From positions 64,001 through 128,000 of the forward strand of contig JBGAGQ010000002.1 in the NCBI GenBank assembly GCA_044226625.1: DNA of 64,000 nucleotides. Direction: 5' to 3'. The DNA comes from Thermoanaerobaculia bacterium (GTDB taxonomy: Bacteria; Acidobacteriota; Thermoanaerobaculia; Multivoradales; UBA5704). The notes under the pieces were generated by a model. The model had not been told where the DNA came from. It saw only the letters and a program-made list of their open reading frames with translations, and made no database searches. Shown here piece after piece: positions 30,793 through 40,954 of the stretch. The position numbers and the translations under genes are program-made. How positions within the stretch are numbered: position 1 is the stretch's first letter; each line of letters starts with the position of its first letter.

Positions 30793-33700
30793 ATGGTCGG
30801 AGCACGTCTATCTACCTGCGCACCGGCGAAAATCAGCGATCCCCTTCTGGAGGGCGCTGCCCTTTCCGTGCCCCGCCCGGTCGAAGGACGCCTTTCGTCG
30901 AACCCGCGCCACGCCCCCTGGCCGTCGCCCAAGCGCCCCGGAGTACCCCCACCGATACCGCCGGTTGAAACGAAGAATGGGAGGCCCGAAGACCTTCGCC
31001 GGACGGGGTTGCTCTATCTTCATAGAGGCCAGTTCTCGCTCGCGGTGCGTTCGTTGGAGCGGGCGGTGGAGGGGAGACCGAGCGCGAGAGATCTGAGTGA
31101 TCTTTCGGCGGCCTACCTGGCGCTTTCCGCGACCGATCCCTGGCTTTTGGTCGACGCGCTCGCGGCGGCGACCCAAGCTGCCGAGCTTGCGCCGCAAGAT
31201 CCTGCGGTCCGTTTCAATCAGGCTCTGGTGGAGGAGAAGCTTTCTCTCATCACGTCTGCCCGAAATCACTGGCGACTCGCGCTGATGCTCGAGGGGGACG
31301 CCCGGTGGCGGGACGAAGCGGGCGAGCGGCTTCGCTACCTCGAGCGCCCAACCACCGCGCGCCGTTGGGAGGTAGAGAAACCTCGGATCGTTGCCTCCGG
31401 ACCGTCGCTGGATGCGATCTCGGCGGATCGCACCGTTCGCGAGTTTCCCCGCGAGATCCGGCGGCTGCTCGAAACGCTCTGGCTGCCGAAAGCGGCAAAC
31501 TCGCCGGACGATCCTTCCGCGCGAACCTCCTTCGCTACCGTGAAGCTCTGGGCCGACGCGTTCGCGAGACGCGGCGAGCCACTCTTCACCGAAAGCGTCG
31601 CCACCATCGAAAAGCCGAAGGATGCGGACTCAGCGCGCAGACAGGACGAAGGTCTGGAGCTCTACGCCGAGGGGGTGAAGGTTCAATCCGATTGCTCGCT
31701 CGCCGAGCCAAAATTCGAGCGCGCCGAAGCGCTTCTCGCGAAGGTGGGGAATCCGATGCACAATGCGGCGCGGATCGAGCGTCTCGTCTGCGTCTACCGG
31801 CGTCGGCCCCAAGACGCGGAGCGGCCATTTCACGATCTCGTTCACCTTCCCTATCCGACGCTCGCTTCTAAGGCCGAAAGGATGGCTGGGCTCTGTGCGA
31901 TCTCGGACGGGCGAACCTCCGAGGCGATTGCACATTACCTCCGGGCGACGCATCTGCTGGCCGACAGCGGCGCGCCGGAGGTGCTCTATCTCGAAGGAAT
32001 GCTTTCGGAAGCCTATGGCGTGCTCGGGAACCGCTCGGGCGTCTGGATTCATCGACTGGCGGCCTTGCGAGGTGCCGTTGCGAGCGGCGACTTCCAGATG
32101 CGGCATGCGATCCTCTTCGGACTTGCCGACGAGTTGGCCGAGAGCGGTCGCAGTCGCGCGTCGCGGCCGGTCCTAGCGGAGATGTTTGCCAATGCCAGAG
32201 CTTGGGGAGAGCCGGGCGCGGAATCGGAGACATTGCTCCGAAGGATCAACCTTCGACTTGTCGAAGGCAAGACCGACCTCGTGGCGGAGGACATCTCTAC
32301 CTTCGAGCGGGTGGTTCGCGACTACCGTCAAGCCGACGATCGATCTCAACTTGTCGCGGAGCTCAGGATTTGCGACGCGGAAAGAAATATCGATGTCCTT
32401 TCGGCAAAGGCCCGCGACGATGCGCGGGCGGTCGTTGCCTCTCTCTCGGACATGGGGGAGGGGCTGCTGCTCCCCCGAGCCCTCCTTCTGCTCGCTCGGG
32501 CGGAGCTCCGGGCTGGCGATCTCGGCGCGGCGGAGAAGGCATTCCGCCGAACCCTCAAGCTTTACGAGGAGCGCCGCGCCGCTACGGAGGGGGAAAACAG
32601 TCAGATCGAGTATTTTGCCACGGCCCAGAAGAGCTTCGACGCCATGATTCGGTTTCAGGCGATCGATCGCAGGGATGCTGTCGCTGCCCTTCGCTATGTC
32701 GAGCAGGCGCGCGTTCGTGGGTTGCGAGAGCACCTGTCCCTAGCGGCGAACGCGGCAACCGACTTCGATCCTCGGGCGGTTCTCGACCGTTTGCCTCAGG
32801 GGACCGCCGCGATCGAGTTTGCGGTGCTTCCCGATGTTCTTTTGGTCTGGCGGCTCTACGACGGCTCGCTCACTCTCTATAAATTGCCAATCTCCCGAGC
32901 CGAGGTCGCACGCAGGGTCAGCCGCCTGCGGTCGGCGCTCCAGGGGGCGCGCACTGAAGTAGAGGAGAAGGAGGCCCGTTCGATGGCGGCCGACGCGTTC
33001 GACCGCGTTCTCGCGCCCGCGTTGACTGGCGTTCCGGCCGGGACTCGGCTCGCGTTCCTGCCTGATCGGGAATTGCATTCGCTTCCATTCGCCGCGCTTT
33101 TCGACGCCCGACGTGGCCGCTACGTGGTGGAGGACTACCCGAGTTGGGTAACGCCCAGCCTCGGGATGCTTACCTCGGCCGATCGGCTCTCGGCCGGGCG
33201 GCTTCGAGACCCGCTTCGTCGCGCCCTGGTCGTCGGTGAGCCGCGGCTCGTTTCTCCGGTGTTCCGGAATCTCTTCGCCCTTCCTTTCGCGAAGAAGGAG
33301 GCCGAGGTGATAGCCGCTTCGTATCCAGAGCGAGCGCTCCTCGCCGGTAGGGACGCGACGCGCTCGCGGATTCTTGCGGCCCTTCCTGGAACACCGATCT
33401 TCCATCTCGCCGCGCACGTTCTAGTCGATGCGCGGCAGCCGCTCCAGTCGCTCGTCGCGACGGCCGATCCCGAAGAAGACGTCCTTCGCGCCTCGGATCT
33501 CGATGCTCGAGCGCTCGCGGGCGTCCAACTAGTCTTCCTTGCGGGCTGCGATACGGCTCCCGGATTTGGCGACGGCGATCGGGAAGGGGTTGCGGGTCTG
33601 GCTCGGGCGATTCTCGGCGCGGGAGTGCCGTCGTTGGTTGCGACACTTTGGCCCATTGACGATCGAGCGATCGAGGGACTCCCACAGAAATTCCACGATC

Positions 33701-33843
33701 ACCTTCGCGCGGGAGACTCGCCAGCCGAGGCGTTGCGGCGAGCGCAAATCGGCCTGATGTCTCGTAACTCGTTGCCTCGGCCTTTAGCTTGGGCACCATT
33801 TCAGCTTTACCTTAATAATAGCATGCTAGGAGGGCTTAGGTAA
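30793..33843 (+). CDS. TPR-containing CHAT-domain (caspase-like) protease
   Basis: N-terminal TPR-like helices; CHAT motifs 'PDRELHSLPFAAL', 'FHLAAH', 'VFLAGCDT', 'LVATLWPIDD', 'AEALRRAQ', 'WAPFQ'. Start uncertain. Confidence 0.9.
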   Translation: MVGARLSTCAPAKISDPLLEGAALSVPRPVEGRLSSNPRHAPWPSPKRPGVPPPIPPVETKNGRPEDLRRTGLLYLHRGQFSLAVRSLERAVEGRPSARDLSDLSAAYLALSATDPWLLVDALAAATQAAELAPQDPAVRFNQALVEEKLSLITSARNHWRLALMLEGDARWRDEAGERLRYLERPTTARRWEVEKPRIVASGPSLDAISADRTVREFPREIRRLLETLWLPKAANSPDDPSARTSFATVKLWADAFARRGEPLFTESVATIEKPKDADSARRQDEGLELYAEGVKVQSDCSLAEPKFERAEALLAKVGNPMHNAARIERLVCVYRRRPQDAERPFHDLVHLPYPTLASKAERMAGLCAISDGRTSEAIAHYLRATHLLADSGAPEVLYLEGMLSEAYGVLGNRSGVWIHRLAALRGAVASGDFQMRHAILFGLADELAESGRSRASRPVLAEMFANARAWGEPGAESETLLRRINLRLVEGKTDLVAEDISTFERVVRDYRQADDRSQLVAELRICDAERNIDVLSAKARDDARAVVASLSDMGEGLLLPRALLLLARAELRAGDLGAAEKAFRRTLKLYEERRAATEGENSQIEYFATAQKSFDAMIRFQAIDRRDAVAALRYVEQARVRGLREHLSLAANAATDFDPRAVLDRLPQGTAAIEFAVLPDVLLVWRLYDGSLTLYKLPISRAEVARRVSRLRSALQGARTEVEEKEARSMAADAFDRVLAPALTGVPAGTRLAFLPDRELHSLPFAALFDARRGRYVVEDYPSWVTPSLGMLTSADRLSAGRLRDPLRRALVVGEPRLVSPVFRNLFALPFAKKEAEVIAASYPERALLAGRDATRSRILAALPGTPIFHLAAHVLVDARQPLQSLVATADPEEDVLRASDLDARALAGVQLVFLAGCDTAPGFGDGDREGVAGLARAILGAGVPSLVATLWPIDDRAIEGLPQKFHDHLRAGDSPAEALRRAQIGLMSRNSLPRPLAWAPFQLYLNNSMLGGLR

Positions 33844-34724
33844 TGAGTGGAATCACCGTGACATTCGCCGGTTTGATGTTGATCTGCTTCACGGGCGACG
33901 AAAATAACTATTGTACGACATCAACCAAAGGAAATAGGGCTTGGATTTTACAAGCGTCAGGTGACGAAGATTGGGAGGGTAGGCGTCCGTGTGGATGGGA
34001 TAGTCTAGGGGATAACAGGACGAAGCTTGTCGTCCGAGTAAAATCCTGTAAATGTGACAATAAATTAACTGGAATCGATTGCAAAAATGATGACGAGGGC
34101 TGTGTTTATACCTTCGCTGAGGCTAATATATGCGTGACCGTGGATGGTCCTCCTGTTCCTAGCAACAAATTCGGAGAGCATTTAAATGATCTGCTCAGTC
34201 TAGACAAGATCGACCCAAGGTTTCGAAAAATTAGAATTGATCAGCTTGGTGGCCGATACGCCCCGTATAGTATTTCGTTCCCGAAAGCTTGTCTGTCGGC
34301 GAGCAACTGGTGGACCTACGAACCAAAGCTGGCGAAGCCTGTGCCAACTAAATGGTATTCTTCAAGTAATATTGAAAAGACATTCTACTTGTCAGATCGA
34401 CTCATGGCATACTATCCAGATGCGAAGAAAGTTACGATTGGGATATGTGGAAAAAAAGATGGGCTAGATTTTCTTCCGGGCAGTGAGCCATTAATAATGA
34501 ATGAAGCGGAGAAGTTGAGCGTTTCACTTGTCGGCGTCAACAAGTGGAGCCTTCCCTACCTGTTGTGGTATTACCGGCTTGCCGACTGGAATACGATTTC
34601 CGGCCTTTGTCCAGATGCCTCATCCTTACTCAGATGTGACGGCGGCGGCGTGACGAACTGCTACGGGACAACGGATGCCAAAACGACATTTTGGCCTGTT
34701 TTACTCCCGGCGCGACCAAAGTGA
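33843..34724 (+). CDS. Cys-rich hypothetical protein, low GC, translationally coupled to the CHAT gene
   Basis: TAATG overlap; AGGAGG upstream; 293 aa with 13 Cys; visibly AT-richer than its flanks. Confidence 0.8.
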   Translation: MSGITVTFAGLMLICFTGDENNYCTTSTKGNRAWILQASGDEDWEGRRPCGWDSLGDNRTKLVVRVKSCKCDNKLTGIDCKNDDEGCVYTFAEANICVTVDGPPVPSNKFGEHLNDLLSLDKIDPRFRKIRIDQLGGRYAPYSISFPKACLSASNWWTYEPKLAKPVPTKWYSSSNIEKTFYLSDRLMAYYPDAKKVTIGICGKKDGLDFLPGSEPLIMNEAEKLSVSLVGVNKWSLPYLLWYYRLADWNTISGLCPDASSLLRCDGGGVTNCYGTTDAKTTFWPVLLPARPK

Positions 34725-34810
34725 GAAAGCAGCAGCAAGACCACTGGGCAGGAGGAAGTCTCCCAAGCAGAGGCGATGAATAAATGGTTCGGAAACTTGA
34801 AGTTGCGCTA

Positions 34811-37800
34811 ATGAAGGTTGTCGTCCTCTGTGTTCTGCTTTTCGTCACTGCGACCCTTGGAGCATCAGGCTTTGCGATACAGGAGCGCCTCGCGCAACAT
34901 CGCAACCTCGGCAAAGCCTTCTACGAAAACCCGACCACCCCATCCGAAGCCGTCACCGAATTCAAAGCCGCCCTCGACCTCGCACCTGGCTCCCCACGCG
35001 AGCGTCTGAACTACGGACTCGCGCTGCTCAAAGCAGGGAAGACCGAGGATGGGATCGCGGAGCTGTTGAAGGTGGAGAAGCAAGCCCCTTCGATTCCGCA
35101 TGCCTGGTTCACCCTGGGCGTGATCTACAAGCGGGACGGGAAGTTCGATCTCGCCGTGGCGCAGCTCGAGCAGATGGCGAAGCTCGTTCCCGACGAGCCG
35201 GTGACGCGGTTCAATTTGGGGGCTCTCTACAAGCTCTCAGGGGAGGGGAATCGGGCGCTCGAACAGTTCGAGTTGGCGGCGCGGCTCGCTCCGGAGCTGG
35301 CGGGGCCGCATTATCAGCTCTACCTCGCGTATCGAAGCGCCGGGCGCGCGGAGGACGCCGAGCGGGAGCTCGCCAGATTCCAGGAGATCCGGGCGAGTCA
35401 GGAGGGGGCGGCGGTACCGGAGGACCTCTCGTGGAGCCGCTATTCGGAGATCCTCGACGACGTGGAACCCGAAGGGGCAGCTCCGGCAACCCTCGAAGCG
35501 GCTTGGAAGACGCAGGAGATCGCGCGGGGGCTTGACCCGACGAGCGCGCGGCTCGTCGTGCTCGATGCCGACGGCGACGGCAAGGCCGACCTGCTCGTCG
35601 CGACGGCGAAGGGGCTTTTGCTCTTTTCGGCGGGAGCCGCTCGGATGGAGCCGAGCGGACTCGAGGCGATCGGAAAGGGCGGGAACGCGGGGGACGACGG
35701 TGTCGGGAATTCCGTCCGCGATGCCGTGCCGGGAGATGTCGACGACGACGGCCGCGCGGATCTGTGCGTGGTCACCGAGCGTGGCGCGGCGCTCTATCGG
35801 AACGCGAACGGCAGGTTCGAGCGGTTTCCGGCGAAGCTCCCTGCCGGCGATTTCCGGACGGCGGTCTGGCTCGACGTCGACCACGACTACGACCTCGACC
35901 TGATTCTCTTGGGGAAGAACGCCGCCTACGTGCGGAACCCGGGTGCCGGCAGCTCCGAGGGGTGGACCGATCGGACGGCCGACTTTCCGTTCGTGCCCGG
36001 TGCGGCCCTCGCCGGGGTGGCGTTCCACGCCGTCTCGGATACGCAGGGGACCGACCTCGCGGTCACCTACTCCGATCGGCCGGGAGTCCTTTACCGCGAC
36101 CGGCTCGGGGGCAAGTACGAGGCCACTTCGTTCGCCGGGCTTTTGGCCGGCACCACCAACGTCGCCGCCGAGGATCTGAACGGCGATGGTTGGATCGACC
36201 TTCGCGCCGACGGCGCCTCGTGGCTCAACCCGGCCGAGAAGGGGACCGAGTGGCTCGCGGCACCTGGAGGGACGGGGCCTGGCCACGTCGCGCCGATCGC
36301 CTTCGTCGATCCGGACAACTCCGGCCGGCGCCTCCTCGTCGCGCCGCCGAGCCCGGGCGCATCGCTCGTGGCGGCGGTAGCGGCCGATTTCGACGGCGAC
36401 GGGAAGATCGATCTCGCCTCGCTCGACGGCGAGGGCGTGCTTCGTCGACACTCGAACGCGACACCTTCGCCCTATCGCTCTCTCTCGGTGAGCCTTTCTG
36501 GCGTCAAGAACCTGAAGCTCGCGGCCGGATCCGAGGTCGAAGTGAAAGCCGGCCGGAGCTACCAGAAACAGACCTACCACGGGGTCCCGCTCGTCTTCGG
36601 CCTCGGCGCACGCGAAAAGGTCGACGCCGTTCGCGTCACGTGGCCGAACGGCCTCATCCAGAACGAAACCGAGCCGAAACTGAACAAGCCCGCGGCGTCG
36701 CTCTCGATCGTCGAGGCGCCCCGTCTCTCGGGGTCGTGCCCGATGATCTTCACCTGGAACGGCTCGCGCTTCGAGTTCGTTTCGGACGTCCTCGGCGTGG
36801 CACCGCTCGGAGCGAGCGCTGGGGACGGCACCTACTTCCCCGTCGACCACGACGAGCACGTGCAGATCCCTCGCGGAGCGCTGGTCGAGGTGGACGGCCG
36901 CTACGAGATCCGGATGACCGAGGAGCTGCGCGAGGTGGCGTTCCTCGATCGCGTGCGGCTGATGGCGGTCGATCATCCGGAGTCGACCGAAATTTTCGTC
37001 AACGACAAATTCCAGGACCCGCCGTTTCCGGACTTCGAGCTCTACGGCATCCGGCGGCGTATCCGACCGATCTCGGCGCGCGACGGCGACGGGCGCGACG
37101 TGCTCGGCAAGGTCCTCGCGCGCGACCGTACGTATCCCGACGCCTTCCCGCGCGATGCCGGGGGGACGGCGCAACGGCATCGGCTCGACCTCGATTTCGG
37201 CGATTTCGGCGAGCGGCCGAAAAACGCCAAGCTCGGCGGGCGCGCGCTCCTCGTCCTGTCCGGTTGGGTCGACTGGGCCGATGGCAGCACGTTCCTCGGC
37301 GCCGCGCAGCGGCCCGGCGGCGGCCTCGAAATGCCGCGTCTCTCGGTTCAAGACGAGGCGGGGAACTGGGTGACCGCGATCCCGAGCATGGGTATCCCGG
37401 CCGGCAAGCCGAAGACGATCGTGGTCGACCTATCCGGCGCGTTCCGCTCCGCCTCGCGCAAGATCCGGATCGAGACGAACCTCTGCGTCTATTGGGACGA
37501 GATCTTCCTCGCCGAAGATTCGCCCGAGCTGCCGAACGCCATCGATTCCGAGCATCTCGCGACGGCGCTCGAGCCCGTGGCAGCGGAGCTGCGCTTCCGC
37601 GGCTTCTCGCGGCCGGTGATCCACCCGGAGCGCAAGCAGCCGGAGAGCTTCGACTACCAGACCTGGATGCCGATTTCGATGTGGAACCCGACGCCGGGTC
37701 TCTACACGCGCTACGGCGACGTCCGGCCGCTGCTCTCGGCGGTCGATGACGGGATGGTCGTGATGGGCTCGGGGGACGAGGTTCGGATGTCTTTCGACGC

Positions 37801-38059
37801 CGCGGCGTTGCCACCGTTGCCCGAGAGCTGGGCGCGGGATTTCCTTCTGGAAGTCGACGGCTGGGCGAAAGACGCCGACGCGAACACCGCCTATGGACAG
37901 AGCGTCGAGCCGCTGCCGTTCCACGCGATGAGCCGCTACCCGTATCCCGAAAGCGAGCGCTATCCGAGCGACCCCGAGCACGAACGCTACCGCCGGACGT
38001 ACAATGTGAGGCCCGCGCTACGCTTGATCGTCCCGCTTCGTGAGGAGGTGTCGCCCTGA
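34811..38059 (+). CDS. TPR + FG-GAP/CRTAC1 + ASPIC/UnbV protein
   Basis: Signal peptide, TPRs, DxDGDGxxDL repeats, 'LVFGLG...RVTWPNG', C-terminal 'SCPMIFTWNG' extension. Start 34784 or 34811. Confidence 0.88.
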   Translation: MKVVVLCVLLFVTATLGASGFAIQERLAQHRNLGKAFYENPTTPSEAVTEFKAALDLAPGSPRERLNYGLALLKAGKTEDGIAELLKVEKQAPSIPHAWFTLGVIYKRDGKFDLAVAQLEQMAKLVPDEPVTRFNLGALYKLSGEGNRALEQFELAARLAPELAGPHYQLYLAYRSAGRAEDAERELARFQEIRASQEGAAVPEDLSWSRYSEILDDVEPEGAAPATLEAAWKTQEIARGLDPTSARLVVLDADGDGKADLLVATAKGLLLFSAGAARMEPSGLEAIGKGGNAGDDGVGNSVRDAVPGDVDDDGRADLCVVTERGAALYRNANGRFERFPAKLPAGDFRTAVWLDVDHDYDLDLILLGKNAAYVRNPGAGSSEGWTDRTADFPFVPGAALAGVAFHAVSDTQGTDLAVTYSDRPGVLYRDRLGGKYEATSFAGLLAGTTNVAAEDLNGDGWIDLRADGASWLNPAEKGTEWLAAPGGTGPGHVAPIAFVDPDNSGRRLLVAPPSPGASLVAAVAADFDGDGKIDLASLDGEGVLRRHSNATPSPYRSLSVSLSGVKNLKLAAGSEVEVKAGRSYQKQTYHGVPLVFGLGAREKVDAVRVTWPNGLIQNETEPKLNKPAASLSIVEAPRLSGSCPMIFTWNGSRFEFVSDVLGVAPLGASAGDGTYFPVDHDEHVQIPRGALVEVDGRYEIRMTEELREVAFLDRVRLMAVDHPESTEIFVNDKFQDPPFPDFELYGIRRRIRPISARDGDGRDVLGKVLARDRTYPDAFPRDAGGTAQRHRLDLDFGDFGERPKNAKLGGRALLVLSGWVDWADGSTFLGAAQRPGGGLEMPRLSVQDEAGNWVTAIPSMGIPAGKPKTIVVDLSGAFRSASRKIRIETNLCVYWDEIFLAEDSPELPNAIDSEHLATALEPVAAELRFRGFSRPVIHPERKQPESFDYQTWMPISMWNPTPGLYTRYGDVRPLLSAVDDGMVVMGSGDEVRMSFDAAALPPLPESWARDFLLEVDGWAKDADANTAYGQSVEPLPFHAMSRYPYPESERYPSDPEHERYRRTYNVRPALRLIVPLREEVSP

Positions 38060-40950
38060 GCCCCGAGGCCCGATCGTCGAGACTTCTTCCCCGCGCCGCC
38101 GCGCTCGTCCTCCTTCTGCTATTGGTCAATACCGCCTACGTCGCGGCGTTCGCCGAGGCGACGATCTTCTACATGGGGAACGCCGCCCTCCACCTGGGGC
38201 TGGGGCTGCTGTTCGTGGGGCTCGGAGCGCTCCTGGTCTGGCGGCGGCCGGCGCTGCGCCGCCCTTTCGCCCCGGCGGTGGTCCTCTTCGTCGCCGCGCT
38301 TCTCTCGGCGCTCTACCTCGTTAAGTTCTACAACCTGCGCGAGAACCGCTGGGCGCTCTGGCTGCACGTCGGCTCTGCGGCGCTCGGCGTGCTGGCGATC
38401 CTTTGGGCGCTCTGCCGTGGGCTGCGCCTCGGAACCGATCGCGAAGCGAGTGCTCCGCTCGTCGGCGGAATCGGCTTCCGCCGGGCGCTCGCCGCGGCGG
38501 CTCTCCTCGCGCTGCTGCTGCCGGCGGGAACGGCGCTCTACCGGCGGTTCCATCCCGATCCGTCGCTCCGGATCGTGAACCCCGAGATCGTACCCGCGCG
38601 GATGGAGGAAGAGGGGGGAGGCCCGCACTCGCCGTTCTTCCCGTCCTCGGCGCGGACGAACGTCGGCGGCATCATCCCGTCGAACTTCTTCATGGATTCG
38701 GCCACCTGCGGACGCTGCCACGTGGACATCTACAAGCAGTGGCAGAGCTCGGCCCATCGCTTCGGCTCGTTCAACAACCAGTTCTACCGGAAGTCGATCG
38801 AGTACATGCAGGACGTGGTCGGGACCAAGCCGAGCAAGTGGTGCGCCGGTTGCCACGATCACGCGGTCTTCTTCAACGGGCGGTTCGATCGGCCGATCAA
38901 GGAGCAGATCGATACCCCCGAGGCGCACGCCGGCCTCGGCTGCATGTCGTGCCACGCGATCGTCCATGTCGGAAGCTCGATGGGGAACGGCGATTTCACG
39001 ATCGAATACCCGCCGCTCCACGAGCTCGCGAGCAGCAAGGACCCGACGATCCGGCGGATCGACAAGTTCCTCACTTATCTCGATCCCGAGCCCCACCGGA
39101 AGACGTTCATGAAGCCGTTCATGCGCCAGGATCAGGCCGAGTTCTGTGCCGCCTGCCACAAGGTGCACCTCGACGTGCCGGTCAACTCGTACCGCTGGAT
39201 GCGCGGCTTCAACGACTACGACAACTGGCAGGCGAGCGGCGTCTCGGGCCAAGGGGCGCGGTCGTTCTACTACCCGCCGGAATCGAAAACGTGCGGCGGC
39301 TGCCACATGCCGCTGGTCGATTCGCACGACCCGGGGAACCGCAACGGCAAAGTCCACTCGCATCGCTTCCCTGCGGCGAACACGGCCCTGCCGTACGTCA
39401 ACCGCGACGCCGAGCAGCTCGACGTGGTCACGAAGTTTCTGCAATCGGGGTTCATCACGGTCGACCTGTTCGCGATCGCCCCGGCCGCCGCGCCCGTCGC
39501 CGGCGAGGGGATGGTGCGCCGAAGTGGCGAGGCACCGCGGGCGATGTCGACGTTCGCGGTGGGGGAAGAGGCGGAGTCCGCGGGCGAGGGGACGATCCGC
39601 GAGCTGACCGATTTCGCGGCGCCGCTCGAATCGGCCGGCGTGCAGCTGGTGCCCGGGTCGACGGTCCGGATCGACGTGGTCGTCCGCACGCGCGGTATCG
39701 GCCATTTCTTCCCCGGTGGCACGGTCGACGCCTTCGACGTCTGGCTGGAGCTCGAAGCGAAGGACGCGACCGGCCGGGTGATCTTCACGAGCGGCGCGGT
39801 CGAGGACGGTGGGCGTGGTCCGGTCGAGAAGGGCGCCCATTTCTATCGCTCGTTCGCGCTCGACGCCGAAGGGAACCCGATCGACAAACGAAATGCCTGG
39901 CAAGCGCGAAGCCTGCTCTATGCGCGGCTGATTCCACCGGGCGCGGCCGACACCGTCCACTTCCGCCTCCACGTGCCGGAGGACGCCAAGGGGCCGATCA
40001 CGCTCACCGCGAAGCTCAATCATCGAAAGTTCTCCCGCTACTACACGGAGTTTTCCTACGCGGGGAAACCGAAGGCCGGGCAGGCGACCCACTTGCTGTC
40101 GGCGCATTTCAACTCGCTCGAGTACTCGTTCGACCCGAAGGACGTGCCGAAGAACGTCTCCGGGCAGATCAAGGGGGCGATCCCTGACCTGCCGATCACC
40201 GAGCTGGCGCGCGACGAGGTGACGCTCCCGCTCGCAGGAGCGGGCTCCGTTCCCCGGTTCGCTGCGAAGCCGCTTCTCGAAGACCGCGAGCGGTGGAACG
40301 ACTGGGGGATCGGCCTGCTGCTCCAGGGGGACTTGAAAGGTGCCGAACGGGCGTTCCGCACGGTGACCGAGGTCGAGCCCGAATATGCCGATGGGTGGGT
40401 GAACGTCGCGCGGGCGCTGATCCGCGAAGGGGAGACCGAAGCGGCGCGGCCGTTCGTCGAGCGCGCCCTCAAGGTGAAGCCGCAGCTCGGACGGGCGCTC
40501 TTCTTCCGCTCGATGATCGAGAAGGCTGCCGGGGATTACACGGCGGCTGAGGCTTCGCTGCGCGCGGTGGCCGATCAATATCCCCGCGACCGCGTGGTGT
40601 TGAACCAGCTCGCCCGCGTCCTCTTCCTCGAGCGGAAGCACGCCGAGGCCTTGCGGGTGCTGGATCGGGTGCGGTCGGTGGATCCGGAGGACGTCCAGAT
40701 GCACTACACGGCGATGCTCGCCGCGCGCGCCCTGGGCGATGGCCCGAGGGCCGAGCGGGAGGCTGCGCTGTTCCGCCGCTTCAAGGCGGAGGAGGCGTCA
40801 CAGGCGATCACCGGCGCGCGGCGGCGCCTTTCGCCCGAGGACAACAACGAGCGGCAGATGATCCACGAGCACGAGAGCGCGCCGTTGCCCGTGCCTCCGC
40901 CGCGGGATACGGCGGCTTCGCCGACCGTCGCGGCCGGGGCGGGAGGGTAG
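38056..40950 (+). CDS. Membrane-anchored pentaheme cytochrome c with C-terminal TPRs
   Basis: N-terminal TM helices; five CxxCH motifs (CGRCH, CAGCH, CMSCH, CAACH, CGGCH); TPRs. Probable CTG start at 38056; the track uses TTG 38122. Confidence 0.88.
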   Translation: MSPEARSSRLLPRAAALVLLLLLVNTAYVAAFAEATIFYMGNAALHLGLGLLFVGLGALLVWRRPALRRPFAPAVVLFVAALLSALYLVKFYNLRENRWALWLHVGSAALGVLAILWALCRGLRLGTDREASAPLVGGIGFRRALAAAALLALLLPAGTALYRRFHPDPSLRIVNPEIVPARMEEEGGGPHSPFFPSSARTNVGGIIPSNFFMDSATCGRCHVDIYKQWQSSAHRFGSFNNQFYRKSIEYMQDVVGTKPSKWCAGCHDHAVFFNGRFDRPIKEQIDTPEAHAGLGCMSCHAIVHVGSSMGNGDFTIEYPPLHELASSKDPTIRRIDKFLTYLDPEPHRKTFMKPFMRQDQAEFCAACHKVHLDVPVNSYRWMRGFNDYDNWQASGVSGQGARSFYYPPESKTCGGCHMPLVDSHDPGNRNGKVHSHRFPAANTALPYVNRDAEQLDVVTKFLQSGFITVDLFAIAPAAAPVAGEGMVRRSGEAPRAMSTFAVGEEAESAGEGTIRELTDFAAPLESAGVQLVPGSTVRIDVVVRTRGIGHFFPGGTVDAFDVWLELEAKDATGRVIFTSGAVEDGGRGPVEKGAHFYRSFALDAEGNPIDKRNAWQARSLLYARLIPPGAADTVHFRLHVPEDAKGPITLTAKLNHRKFSRYYTEFSYAGKPKAGQATHLLSAHFNSLEYSFDPKDVPKNVSGQIKGAIPDLPITELARDEVTLPLAGAGSVPRFAAKPLLEDRERWNDWGIGLLLQGDLKGAERAFRTVTEVEPEYADGWVNVARALIREGETEAARPFVERALKVKPQLGRALFFRSMIEKAAGDYTAAEASLRAVADQYPRDRVVLNQLARVLFLERKHAEALRVLDRVRSVDPEDVQMHYTAMLAARALGDGPRAEREAALFRRFKAEEASQAITGARRRLSPEDNNERQMIHEHESAPLPVPPPRDTAASPTVAAGAGG

Positions 40951-40954
40951 AGCC

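Noticed and set aside
33843-34724. Bacterial gasdermin as the CHAT partner
   Set aside because: No N-terminal palmitoylation Cys near residue 3-7 or recognisable gasdermin pattern; kept as an unknown partner.
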